From NCBI GenBank assembly GCA_963666565.1, contig OY762911.1, forward strand, positions 2,880,001-2,944,000: DNA of 64,000 nucleotides, written 5' to 3'. Both the position numbers and the translations under genes were made by a program. Below the pieces are notes generated by a model. That model searched no databases. It had not been told where the DNA came from and worked only from the letters and a program-made list of their open reading frames with translations. This document shows positions 20,301 to 28,870 of this stretch, in pieces. Within the stretch, counting starts at the first letter, position 1; every line of letters starts with the position of its first letter. This DNA is from Thermoanaerobaculia bacterium (GTDB lineage: Bacteria; Acidobacteriota; Thermoanaerobaculia; Multivoradales; Multivoraceae).

Positions 20301-21035
20301 GGTGCGGCCGGAAACGGCAAACGGCCGCCCAGGTCTCTGGACGAGTGGCTCCGCGACCGGTTCTTCGCCGAGCACTGCAGGCTGTTCCACAACCGGCCCT
20401 TCGTCTGGCACGTCTGGGACGGCCTCAAGAACGGCTTCCACGCGTTGGTGAACTGCCATCGCCTGTGCGGGCCGGATGGCGAAGGCCGGCGAACGCTGGA
20501 AGCGCTCGCGTACCGGCATCTGGGCGAGTGGATAGCTCGTCAGCGCGCGGCGCAGGGTCAGGATCGGGAGGGGGCGGACGCCCGGCTCGCCGCCGCCCTG
20601 GACCTTCAGCGGCAGTTGGAACTCATCCTGAAGGGTGAACCGCCTTACGACCTCTTCATCCGCTGGCGCCCGCTCCACGAGCAGCCGGTCGGCTGGGCGC
20701 CGAACCTCGACGACGGCGTGAGGCTCAACATCCGCCCCTTCATGCGGGCGGAACTCCAGTCCGGCGGCCGCAAGGGCGCCGGCATCCTCCGCGTCAGGCC
20801 GAACATCACCTGGAAGAAGGACCGCGGCAAGGAACCAGGGAGCCTTCGCCCTAGGGATGACTTCCCCTGGTTCTACTCCTCCGTTGGCCAAGGTACCGAG
20901 GTAGACCGCACGGACTACGCGGCGTCGCTGGAGGCGGATTTTGATGGCAACCGCTGGAACGACCTTCACTACTCACGGGCCGTCAAGGAGGCTGCCCGGA
21001 CGCGTGGACGGAGCGAGACGAGGGCGTCGGCGTGA
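17397..21035 (+). CDS. pglX: BREX DNA adenine methyltransferase PglX (BrxX)
   Basis: PAVTQLFTE.YMV, VLDPCCGSGHF (SAM motif), LFGLEID, VITNVPY (NPPY-like), HNRPFVWH, PNLDDGVRLNIRP. Confidence 0.92.
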   Translation: MTGALTPDLRKQLEKAVRSARAEGEAGTRAALRALAVDGARPHESMSADERKLRRRLRAHGRQLGDVRDRESGAQEIGRLVHEVAYEHWHRMLFARFLAENGLLVEPRSRVSVSLDECAELAREAGATDGWQVAERFAAEMLPRIFRPDDPALAVTLAPETRQRLERLVEDLPDSVFTASDALGWTYQFWQADRKEEVNQSGAKIGADELPAVTQLFTENYMVQFLFHNTIGAWRAGKHLEQRPELAERAASEGELGAAVHIEPRGGLDGYDFDYLRFVREPAGDDGEDVARTSTGPWRPAGGAFRRWPDRAADLRVLDPCCGSGHFLIEGLELLVRLRMEEEGLGVEHAVGAVLRDNLFGLEIDQRCTQIAAFNLALAAWKMVGRPIDLPPPRIACSGLAVSASKDDWVRLAEGDQRLEGTLDRLHDLFKQGPILGSLIDPAGVGEELFQADFATAERALSRAVAQEDAGEEERERAVAAQGMSRAAGLLAGEYDLVITNVPYLARRKQAASLQDFALKSHPDAKADLATIFVSRILRWLGTGGVQAVVAPQNWLFLTSYRKLRERLLAERTWRFVARLGPGAFETIGGHVVNVAMAVLSAKRPDENWRMAGIDVSAPRGEKPIPARKKAELLRTRGRKPVSQLPQARQRRNPDAVVRLLDYGEAVQVLLSEHAQGLAGILNGDSLRFRRMVWEFHPVPPEWVLQQTSVDEPSFFGGHSGVIYFDEENGHLREDALVRRERLHDSDRRGNAAWGRNGIGISQMTTLPATLYSGAKFDSNVAVILPREGALVESIWCYCSAPEYARAVREIDQKLNVTNATLVKVPFDRGHWRKVAAARYPNGLPEPFSDDPTQWLFHGHPCGSVVWDEETKWTAHGPLRADASVLHVAVARLLGYRWPAELDPDMRLAAESREWVERCRELHHFADEDGIVCLRAAAGELPAADRLRSLLAASYGEAWSDGKEGQLLGAAGNGKRPPRSLDEWLRDRFFAEHCRLFHNRPFVWHVWDGLKNGFHALVNCHRLCGPDGEGRRTLEALAYRHLGEWIARQRAAQGQDREGADARLAAALDLQRQLELILKGEPPYDLFIRWRPLHEQPVGWAPNLDDGVRLNIRPFMRAELQSGGRKGAGILRVRPNITWKKDRGKEPGSLRPRDDFPWFYSSVGQGTEVDRTDYAASLEADFDGNRWNDLHYSRAVKEAARTRGRSETRASA

Positions 21036-21257
21036 CGCCTACAGAGAATCGAGGGGCATTCAGGGCGTTGACCTGTTTACGAGCTGCTCGACGAGCGCGA
21101 GTTGCGCCTGACGATCTTCGCCGCTGGACCGTCGGAGGATTGAGGACTTTGCTGCGCGCCACGATTGCGCCGTTCGGACTCAGGGCGGGTCTCGTTGCCG
21201 GCGCCGATATGGACACCGTCGATCCCCAGGACAGGGCTTGAGGATTAGGAGAGAGCG

Positions 21258-23618
21258 TTGGCTTCCACCGCATCGCACACCGCTGAGGTCGCACCCGCCG
21301 CCGACACGATCCTCGGCCGCCTGATCGCCGCCCTCCGCGACAAGGCTGGCCCGCTGGACGGCCACGAACGGCCGGCCGCCGTCCTCTGGCCCGACCCGGA
21401 CGAAGAATGGCGTCCTCTGGTCGCCACCCTCCGCGAAAGGCTGCGTGAGTTCCTGACCCTTGGCGTTTACGACGAGGCGGCCCGGTGCGGCCCGGCCATC
21501 TGGCTGCGCGCGGCCGTCGACGGCGAGCTTGGCGGGGCGGCACCGACGAACGGGCGGCCGCCCATCCTGTACCTTCCCGCCGTCTCCCGCCAGCAGCTTC
21601 GCGCCGGCGACGACTGCCCGGACAATCTGAAGCCCCTGGTCGAACTTCTCTATCGGGGCGCCGTCTGGGCTCACCCGAACGGGCGGGAGTGGACGGTGCG
21701 GGCCTTCCTGAGTTCCCCGAAGTCGCTCGGCCTGGGCGTCCCGGACGATCGCGGTACGAGGCAGGCCATGCTGCAGGCTCTGCCGGAGGTCGCGGTGGCG
21801 CCGCTCGACCGGCTGGGAGGCAGGCGGCTCGACGCGGACTTCTTCCACCGCGTGTTGAGCCCCGACCCGCTGCGCGACGTGTTGCAGTGGCTGGGCGAAG
21901 GCGACGCAATGCGGTCCCGTCTCGGTCCGGAGCGGTGGGGCGCCTTCCGCAGCCGCTGCCGGGACGAACTCGACTTCGACCCGCAGACGGCGCCCGACGT
22001 AGCGGCCGGCGAGCGGCTGGGTACCGGCGAGGGCGAATGGGCGCGGGTATGGGAACGGTTCCTGGAAGCGCCGGAGAGTTACGAGTGGGTGGCCGACGTT
22101 CTGCTGCGGAGTCGACCGGCGGGCGTTCTTCCTTTCGAGTCGGAACGGTGGCCGGACCTGAATGCCGAGGCCGAGGAGGTTCTCCGGCTCCAACTCGAAG
22201 AACTGCGCGACCTGAGCCACGACGACGCCTGCCGGGATTTGCTCCAGGCGGAGGAGGAGCATGGCCGTCGCCGCTACTGGGTCTGGGCGGGTCTCGGGCT
22301 CTCGCCGCTGGCCGTCGTCTTGGCGCCTCTGGCGCGTCTGGCCGCGGAAGCGCGAACGACGCTGGCCGGCGGCACGCCCGGCGAGGTCGCCCGCGGCTAC
22401 GTCGAGCACGGATGGGCGGCCGATGCCGCGGCCCGCGAGGCCCTGGCCGCCGCCGGTGCCGCGGACCGGGAACTCGTCGCGGCGGTCGTCCGGCGCGTGC
22501 TGCTGCCGTGGCTCGAGGGCGGCGCCCAAGCCTTCCAGGCCGCCGCCGAGCGGGAGGCCCTGCCGGCGCGCGGCGGGCAGCCGCCGGTCGAAGCGGAGGA
22601 AGGAACGTGCCTGCTGTTCGTGGACGGTCTGCGCTACGAGCTGGCGCGCACGTTGGCTGATCTGCTCGAGGGGCGAGGCTTCGGCACGGACCTGCGGCAT
22701 CGCTGGGCGGCGCTGCCGACGCTGACGGCCACGGGCAAGCCGGCGGCGACGCCGGTGGCTGCCGATGTGACGGGGACGGAGCTCGGTGCCGACTTGACGC
22801 CGGCGTTCGCCGCGACCGGCCGGCGCGCCGACGCCGAGGCGCTCCGAACCGCCATCGAGGCGCGCGGCTACCAGGTGCTGGGCACCGGAACGCTCGACGC
22901 GCCGCTCGGCAGTCCCGCTCGCGGCTGGGCGGAAGAGGGCGCCATCGACAAGCTCGGGCACGAACTCGCCGCGGCCGACTTCGCCCGCAAGCTGCGCGAC
23001 GAGCTGGAGGCGCTCGCCGACCGCGTCGCGCGCCTCCTCGAAGTCGGCTGGAAGAGGGTCCGGCTCGTGACCGACCACGGCTGGCTGCAGATGCCCGGCG
23101 GGTTGCCCAAGGTCGACTTGCCTCAGCATCTCACCGTCAGCCGGGGCGCGCGCTGCGCCGCGGTGGCTGGCGCCTCGCAGCCAGACGCGCCGATGCCGCC
23201 GTGGCACTGGAACGCGAACGAGTCGTTCGCCTCGGCGCGGGGCGCCGGCGCCTTCCGCCGGTCGGTGGAGTACGCCCACGGGGGGCTCAGCATCCAGGAG
23301 TGCCTGGTTCCCGATCTGACGGTGCGTACGGCGGCTTCGACCGCCCCGAGCGCGCGGATCCGCACCGTCACCTGGCGCGGCTTCCGTTGCCTCGTCGAGG
23401 CCACGGCGGAAGCCGGAACGGTCGCCGCCGACCTGCGCCTGGCGGCGGAGCTGAGCCAGTCGGTCGCGGGGGCCGGCAAGCCCGTGGAGGCGGACGGCTC
23501 GGTCAGCCTGCTGCTCGCCGACGACGACCACGAACAATCGCGGCTGGTTCTCGTCCTTGTCGATGAGGAGGGTCGGATTCTCGACCGCCGCGAGACCGCT
23601 GTGGGAGAGGACTCGTGA
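21258..23618 (+). CDS. pglZ: BREX PglZ-domain phosphatase/phosphodiesterase
   Basis: LFVDGLRYE, LPTLTATGK, IDKLGH, VTDHGW, YAHGGLSIQECLVP. Confidence 0.92.
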   Translation: MASTASHTAEVAPAADTILGRLIAALRDKAGPLDGHERPAAVLWPDPDEEWRPLVATLRERLREFLTLGVYDEAARCGPAIWLRAAVDGELGGAAPTNGRPPILYLPAVSRQQLRAGDDCPDNLKPLVELLYRGAVWAHPNGREWTVRAFLSSPKSLGLGVPDDRGTRQAMLQALPEVAVAPLDRLGGRRLDADFFHRVLSPDPLRDVLQWLGEGDAMRSRLGPERWGAFRSRCRDELDFDPQTAPDVAAGERLGTGEGEWARVWERFLEAPESYEWVADVLLRSRPAGVLPFESERWPDLNAEAEEVLRLQLEELRDLSHDDACRDLLQAEEEHGRRRYWVWAGLGLSPLAVVLAPLARLAAEARTTLAGGTPGEVARGYVEHGWAADAAAREALAAAGAADRELVAAVVRRVLLPWLEGGAQAFQAAAEREALPARGGQPPVEAEEGTCLLFVDGLRYELARTLADLLEGRGFGTDLRHRWAALPTLTATGKPAATPVAADVTGTELGADLTPAFAATGRRADAEALRTAIEARGYQVLGTGTLDAPLGSPARGWAEEGAIDKLGHELAAADFARKLRDELEALADRVARLLEVGWKRVRLVTDHGWLQMPGGLPKVDLPQHLTVSRGARCAAVAGASQPDAPMPPWHWNANESFASARGAGAFRRSVEYAHGGLSIQECLVPDLTVRTAASTAPSARIRTVTWRGFRCLVEATAEAGTVAADLRLAAELSQSVAGAGKPVEADGSVSLLLADDDHEQSRLVLVLVDEEGRILDRRETAVGEDS

Positions 23619-25690
23619 ACTCGCAGACTTCCCGGAACCTGGAGATGGACCGCCTGGACGAACTCGCCGCGGAGGCGTTCCCCGGCTATCTGGTGCGCAA
23701 GGACCTGGTGCGGCGCTACGCCCGGCAGTACCCGGTGCCCACCTACGTGGTGGAGTTCCTCCTGGGCCGCTACTGCGCGAGCGTGGACGAGGACGAGATC
23801 GAGGAGGGGCTGGTCGTCGTCAAGAGGCAGCTCGAAGGGCGGACCGTGCGCCCCAGCGACCAGGAGGTCTTCAAGTCGCGCGCCCGGGAGAACGGCTCGG
23901 TCAAGCTGATCGACATCGTCCGCGCCCGGCTCGACGCGCGCAACGACCGCTACGCCGCCGAACTGCCGAGCTTGGGCCTGCGCGGCGTCGACGTGGGCGA
24001 CGCCATCGTCACCGAGAACCAGCGGATGCTGACGGACGGCTTCTACGCCGAGGTGACGCTGGAGTACGACGCGGTGGCGGCACTGGAGGAGCGGGCCAAC
24101 CCGTTCCGCATCGCGTCGCTCCGGCCGATTCAGATGTCGGACCCGCGGGTGCTCGACGTGTTCGCGCGGGGCCGCCGGCAGTTCACGACGGACGAGTGGC
24201 GGGACTTCCTGATCCGCTCCGTGGGCCTCGAACCGGCGGCGCTGGACGAGCGGGCGAAGCGGGTCGCCCTGCTGCGGATGGTCCCCTTCGTGGAGCGGAA
24301 CTACGACCTGGTGGAACTCGGCCCGCGCGGCACCGGCAAGAGCCACATCTACCAGCAGATCTCGCCGTACTCGCACCTTCTCTCGGGCGGCAAGGCGACG
24401 GTGGCGAAGATGTTCGTCAACATGGCGAACGGCCAGCGCGGCCTGGTCTGCCAGTACGACGTCGTCTGCTTCGACGAGGTCTCCGGCGTCTCCTTCGATC
24501 AGAAGGACGGCGTCAACATCATGAAGGGCTACATGGCGTCCGGCGAGTTCAGCCGGGGCAAGGAGAGCATCCGCGCCGACGGCGGCATCGTCATGGTGGG
24601 CAACTTCGATGTCGACGTGGAGCAGCAACAGCGCATCGGCCACCTGCTCTCGCCCCTGCCCAGGGAGATGCGGGACGACACGGCATTCCACGACCGCATC
24701 CACGCCTACGCGCCGGGCTGGGACTTCCCGAAGCTGAACCCGGAGGACCACCTGACGGATCACTTCGGCCTCGTGACCGACTTCCTGAGCGAGTGCTGGA
24801 ACCAGTCCCGGCAGTCGACGCGGCTGGACGCGCTGCAGAACCGGGTCTTCTGGGGCGGCGCGCTCAGCGGCCGCGACATCGAGGCCGTGAACAAGACCTG
24901 TTCCGGTCTGCTGAAGCTCCTGTACCCCGACCGGGAGATGCCCATCGAGGAGGACGACCTGGAGTGGATCGTCCGGCTCGCCCTGGAGTCGCGCCGGCGC
25001 GTGAAGGAGCAGCAGAAGCGCTGCCTCAGGAGCGAGTTCGGCAACACCCACTTTTCCTTCACGCTGGGCGTGGACGGGGTGGAGCAATTCGTCGCCACGC
25101 CGGAACTCCACAGCGACGAGGCCATCGACAGCGACCCGCTGCCGCCCGGACAGGTCTGGGCCATCGGTCCCGGCGCCGGCGAGACGGGCGCCGGCCTGTA
25201 CCGCGTCGAGGTCGCGCTGGGGCCGGGAAGCGGCGCGAAGATCGTCAACTATCCCGTGCCCCCGGCCTTCCGCGAGAGCGTCAGGGTCGGCGAGCAGAAC
25301 CTGTACCGCGCCGCGAGGGAGCTTGTGGGACATCGCGACCCGCGCGGCTTCGAGTACTCGGTGCAACTCCAGTCCTTCGATGCCGACAAGTCCGGCGTCG
25401 GCCTCGGCATGCCGGTGCTCGCCGCCTGCGTCGGCGCGCTGCTCGACCGCGGAACCCGTGGCGGCGCGATCGTCGTGGGCCCGCTCAACCTCGGCGGCAG
25501 TCTGGACATGCTCCATCACCCCGTCTCGATCGCGGAACTGGCCGTCGACAAGCAGGCGACGACCCTGCTCATGCCGGTCAGCGCGAGGAAGGCGCTGAAC
25601 GAGATGGCGGACGAGCTGTGGACGAAGGTGAACGTCGAGTACTACAGCGACCCGGTGGATGGGGTGTTCAAGGCGTTGCTGCCTCAATGA
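23615..25690 (+). CDS. brxL: BREX Lon-like AAA+ protein BrxL
   Basis: VPTYVVEFLLGRYC, VELGPRGTGKSH, DVVCFDEV, KGYMASGEFSRG, AFHDRIH, degenerate Lon C-domain. Confidence 0.93.
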   Translation: MNSQTSRNLEMDRLDELAAEAFPGYLVRKDLVRRYARQYPVPTYVVEFLLGRYCASVDEDEIEEGLVVVKRQLEGRTVRPSDQEVFKSRARENGSVKLIDIVRARLDARNDRYAAELPSLGLRGVDVGDAIVTENQRMLTDGFYAEVTLEYDAVAALEERANPFRIASLRPIQMSDPRVLDVFARGRRQFTTDEWRDFLIRSVGLEPAALDERAKRVALLRMVPFVERNYDLVELGPRGTGKSHIYQQISPYSHLLSGGKATVAKMFVNMANGQRGLVCQYDVVCFDEVSGVSFDQKDGVNIMKGYMASGEFSRGKESIRADGGIVMVGNFDVDVEQQQRIGHLLSPLPREMRDDTAFHDRIHAYAPGWDFPKLNPEDHLTDHFGLVTDFLSECWNQSRQSTRLDALQNRVFWGGALSGRDIEAVNKTCSGLLKLLYPDREMPIEEDDLEWIVRLALESRRRVKEQQKRCLRSEFGNTHFSFTLGVDGVEQFVATPELHSDEAIDSDPLPPGQVWAIGPGAGETGAGLYRVEVALGPGSGAKIVNYPVPPAFRESVRVGEQNLYRAARELVGHRDPRGFEYSVQLQSFDADKSGVGLGMPVLAACVGALLDRGTRGGAIVVGPLNLGGSLDMLHHPVSIAELAVDKQATTLLMPVSARKALNEMADELWTKVNVEYYSDPVDGVFKALLPQ

Positions 25691-25966
25691 CCGGCTGGCT
25701 CTGTGCTCCGGGCGAGGACAGGGCTCCGTTCCCCGACTGCCATGGCTCTGCACCCCGGTGGACATGAACCCAAGAGTGCCCGTCCCTTGCGGGAACCACG
25801 TGAATTGTGGTGGGATCCGCTCGTCCGACCGTTCTAGAGCCGGACGGCCGAGCGAGACCCGGCTCGCGGCCTGGAACTGAGCCTCTCGCTGGAACGAACA
25901 TCCTCGCCCAACCAACGAGACCAGTCGCGCTTCACGAGGCCGCGAGTTTGTAACTCCGGGGGAACG

Positions 25967-26923
25967 ATGGAGTCTCTGACACCAATTGAACAGCAAAGGC
26001 AACCTGAAGTGTCGAGACTCACTCGGCGCGGGATCATTGACTATCTGAAGATCCAACAGGTCGAGTGGAGTGGCGTCCTCAACGACGTCGACTTTCTCGA
26101 GCGGATCTTCGACCTCCGCACCCTACCGTCGCACGACCGGCGGTTCAGCAACGCAAAGAGGGACATATGGCAGCACAGAGTAAACAACGTGTACGACTGG
26201 AACGACGACTGGGTCTACTCTGATCCTCGCTTTGATCTGACGGGGTGTTCGTCCCGGCTTTTCCTGACCTTCTTGTGCGAGATGGTCCATCCAGTTGTCC
26301 GTGCCGATTCCGAAGAGACTGCTGAGATGGTTAGTCAATTCAACGAGCGACTTCGGATGGATGGATGGGAACTCTACGAGGTGGAGCGCATTGCGGAGCG
26401 ACCTCGGTTTGCCGCGCGCGAACGGGGACCCGGACGGGGTAGGGCGATCGCGCGCGCTCGCGAAAGCGCTCGGGCTTTGAGTGCCGAGTGGATGAGCGGT
26501 GAAGTTGAGAGGATGGAGGGTGCGGTTGACGGGGATCCGGCTTTAGCGATTGGAACGGCGAAGGACTTGGTGGAGAGCTGCTGCAAGTGCGTTCTTTCGG
26601 ATCGGGGAATCGAGATCGGGAGGAAGGCGACGCTGCCACAGCTTGCGAAGCGGATGGCCGGCGAACTGAGTCTAGTTCCAGAGAGTGTTCCAGAGTCGGC
26701 CAAGGGCGCGGACAACGTTCGCCGTGTCCTTCAGAATCTCGCGTCGTTGGTACACAACCTCGCTGAACTGCGCGGTCTTTACGGCTCCGGACACGGACGA
26801 GATGGCCAGTACCGTGGGCTCCAACCGAGGCATGCCCGCTTGGCGGTTGGCGCGGCCGTGACGTTCATTGATTTCGTGGTGGAGACGCACGCTCAACGTA
26901 ACGCATCGTCCGTCGATTCGTAG
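25967..26923 (+). CDS. Abortive-infection family protein (AbiJ-type N-terminal domain plus Abi_C/HEPN-like C-terminus)
   Basis: FLERIFDL..LPSHD.RF..DIWQHRVNN..DW.DDWV..HPVVR N-domain; DPALAIGTAKDLVESCCK and ELRGLYGSGHGR C-domain. Confidence 0.78.
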   Translation: MESLTPIEQQRQPEVSRLTRRGIIDYLKIQQVEWSGVLNDVDFLERIFDLRTLPSHDRRFSNAKRDIWQHRVNNVYDWNDDWVYSDPRFDLTGCSSRLFLTFLCEMVHPVVRADSEETAEMVSQFNERLRMDGWELYEVERIAERPRFAARERGPGRGRAIARARESARALSAEWMSGEVERMEGAVDGDPALAIGTAKDLVESCCKCVLSDRGIEIGRKATLPQLAKRMAGELSLVPESVPESAKGADNVRRVLQNLASLVHNLAELRGLYGSGHGRDGQYRGLQPRHARLAVGAAVTFIDFVVETHAQRNASSVDS

Positions 26924-27005
26924 CAGGTTCCGCCACGGGCGTTCGTAACGGCGCTCCTAGCCACTGGGCGGTGGACGATTCGTGTCGGCCGAGAGTCAGC
27001 GTTCG

Positions 27006-28688
27006 CTACCTCGGGTCGTCCGCTTGGCCTGCCTCCATTTGGACCCGCTCAAAGTAGACCGCCTCCAGCAGGTCGAGCTTGTCCTTGATGACGCCCGTCG
27101 CCGGGTGCGGCGCCGGCGCGTCGAGGACCATCCATGTGTCGGTCTCGCCGTCGTACTCCGGCCATTCCGGGGTGCCGTCGCCGTTCGGGTCGCCGGTGGC
27201 GGCGAAGCGGGTCCAGTAGCCGGCCATCGCGTCGGCCAGGGCGGCGCCGTCGTCGCCCCGGTAGTTCTCGGCGCCCTGTTCGCCGGGGTCGCCGAAGACG
27301 TAGGCGACCTCGGAGCCGTGCGGGGCGCCCGGGAAGGTCTCGCGCTGGGCTTCGGGGACGAATCGGAAGTAGTACGCACGGCCCGGCGAGCCGACGTTCT
27401 TCATCTGGGCGGCGAGGTAGCGGGCGGAGATGACGTAGCGCTGGTCGCCGAAGAGGGTGGCGGCGGCGATGCGCTCGGCGTCGGCTGCGGCCCCGGCTGC
27501 GGTCCCGGCCTCGGCGGCGGTCGCCCGATCCGGGCCGGCGGCGGCGTCCGCCGCGGCACTCGCGCCGGCAGCTCCGTTTGCGCCGTAGAGAGACCGGGCC
27601 AACGCCTCGCGTTCGCCGAAGCCGGCGAAGTAGTCGGCGGGCGTCATCGCGAAGGCGCGGAAGATGGTGCCCTCGAAGCTGTTGCCGCCTGTGATGTAGG
27701 GCACGTCGTGCTGCTTGCCGCGGGCGAAGACGATGCCCGGCTCGTCGGGGAGGACGGCGCCGGTGATCGGTACCCAGAAGCCGGTGCCGAGGCCGTTGAG
27801 GTCCTCGAACGGAATCGTCCGCAGGTCGGCGGCGGAGGGTTCGTCGCCGAGGTCGAAGCCGGCGGCGGCGACGAGCGCTGCGCCGTGGTCGCGGGCGGAC
27901 GGCAGGCCCCAGCGGGCTTCGCTGAGGTGGGGCAGCCGCCAGGTGCCGTAGCCGCTCTGGGCGATTGCCCGGTGGAACAGGCCGGCGGCCTCGGGCACGC
28001 TCATCAGGGTGTTCACCGCCATGCCGCCCGCCGAGACGCCGAAGATCGTCACGCGGTCCGGGTCGCCGCCGAAGGCCGCGGCGTTGCGCTGCACCCACTC
28101 GAGGGCGGCGATCATGTCGAGCACGCCGTGGCTGCCTTCGGGCTCGCCGGATGCCGCCGCCTCCGCGGCCAGGGCGGGGTGGGCGAAGAAGCCGAGCGCC
28201 CCCAGCCGGTACTGGATACTGACGACGACGACGCCGCGACGCGCCAGGCCGGTGCCGCGGCCGGTCGCGGGGGCTTCGCCGAGCCGGCCGTTGCCGGCGC
28301 GGAAGCCGCCGCCATGGATCCAGACCATGACCGGCAACGGGTCGTCGCCGTCGCGGTCGACGGGTGTCCACACGTTCAGGTACAGGCAGTCTTCGCTTTG
28401 GGGAAGCTGGGCGCGGCCCTGCGGGCAGATGGGCTCGTAGTCGCTGGCCTGGAGGGGTTCGGTCCAGTGCGTCGCGGCCTGGGCCGTCCGCCAGCGCAGG
28501 TCGCCCTCGGGTGCTTGCGCGAACGGGATGCCGAGGAAGGCGGCTATGTCGTCGCTGCCTTCCGGAGCGAAGCCCTGGACGGGGCCGGCGTCGGTCTGGA
28601 CCAGGAACGGGTCGGACGGCTCGCCGGCGCAGGCGAGGAGGAGGGGGAGGATGAAGATGGCGGTGGCGAGGCGGTACGGGGCTTTCAT
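27006..28688 (-). CDS. Carboxylesterase type B, lipoprotein
   Basis: Lipobox LLLAC, FLGIPFA, SEDCLYLNVW, WIHGGGF, GVSAGG nucleophile, HGSEV. Confidence 0.92.
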   Translation of the reverse strand: MKAPYRLATAIFILPLLLACAGEPSDPFLVQTDAGPVQGFAPEGSDDIAAFLGIPFAQAPEGDLRWRTAQAATHWTEPLQASDYEPICPQGRAQLPQSEDCLYLNVWTPVDRDGDDPLPVMVWIHGGGFRAGNGRLGEAPATGRGTGLARRGVVVVSIQYRLGALGFFAHPALAAEAAASGEPEGSHGVLDMIAALEWVQRNAAAFGGDPDRVTIFGVSAGGMAVNTLMSVPEAAGLFHRAIAQSGYGTWRLPHLSEARWGLPSARDHGAALVAAAGFDLGDEPSAADLRTIPFEDLNGLGTGFWVPITGAVLPDEPGIVFARGKQHDVPYITGGNSFEGTIFRAFAMTPADYFAGFGEREALARSLYGANGAAGASAAADAAAGPDRATAAEAGTAAGAAADAERIAAATLFGDQRYVISARYLAAQMKNVGSPGRAYYFRFVPEAQRETFPGAPHGSEVAYVFGDPGEQGAENYRGDDGAALADAMAGYWTRFAATGDPNGDGTPEWPEYDGETDTWMVLDAPAPHPATGVIKDKLDLLEAVYFERVQMEAGQADDPR

Positions 28689-28724
28689 AACGGGGATCCT
28701 AGCGGCCCGTTCCGGACGGGTGTC

Positions 28725-28863
28725 GGTGCGTGGGTCCGCTGACCCGCTCGCGGGCGAAGCCGCGGAGCGGCGCGGACCGGACAAGAGAGCCGCCGGCCAA
28801 GGGCCGGCGACGATGCTGGAAGCCGCCTTCGGCGGCAGCGGGTCGGAAGACCCGCGCACCCGG
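28725..28863. repeat. REPIN-like element (two inverted REP-like hairpins; left copy degenerate)
   Basis: GGTGCGTGGGTCCGCTGACCCGC ... GCGGGTCGGAAGACCCGCGCACCCGG; the core is shared with the copies at 33292 and 44721. Confidence 0.8.
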
Positions 28864-28870
28864 CAGTGGG

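Noticed and set aside
4978-27005. Integrase or att sites bounding the defence island
   Set aside because: No recombinase gene, tRNA or convincing direct repeat was seen at either edge.
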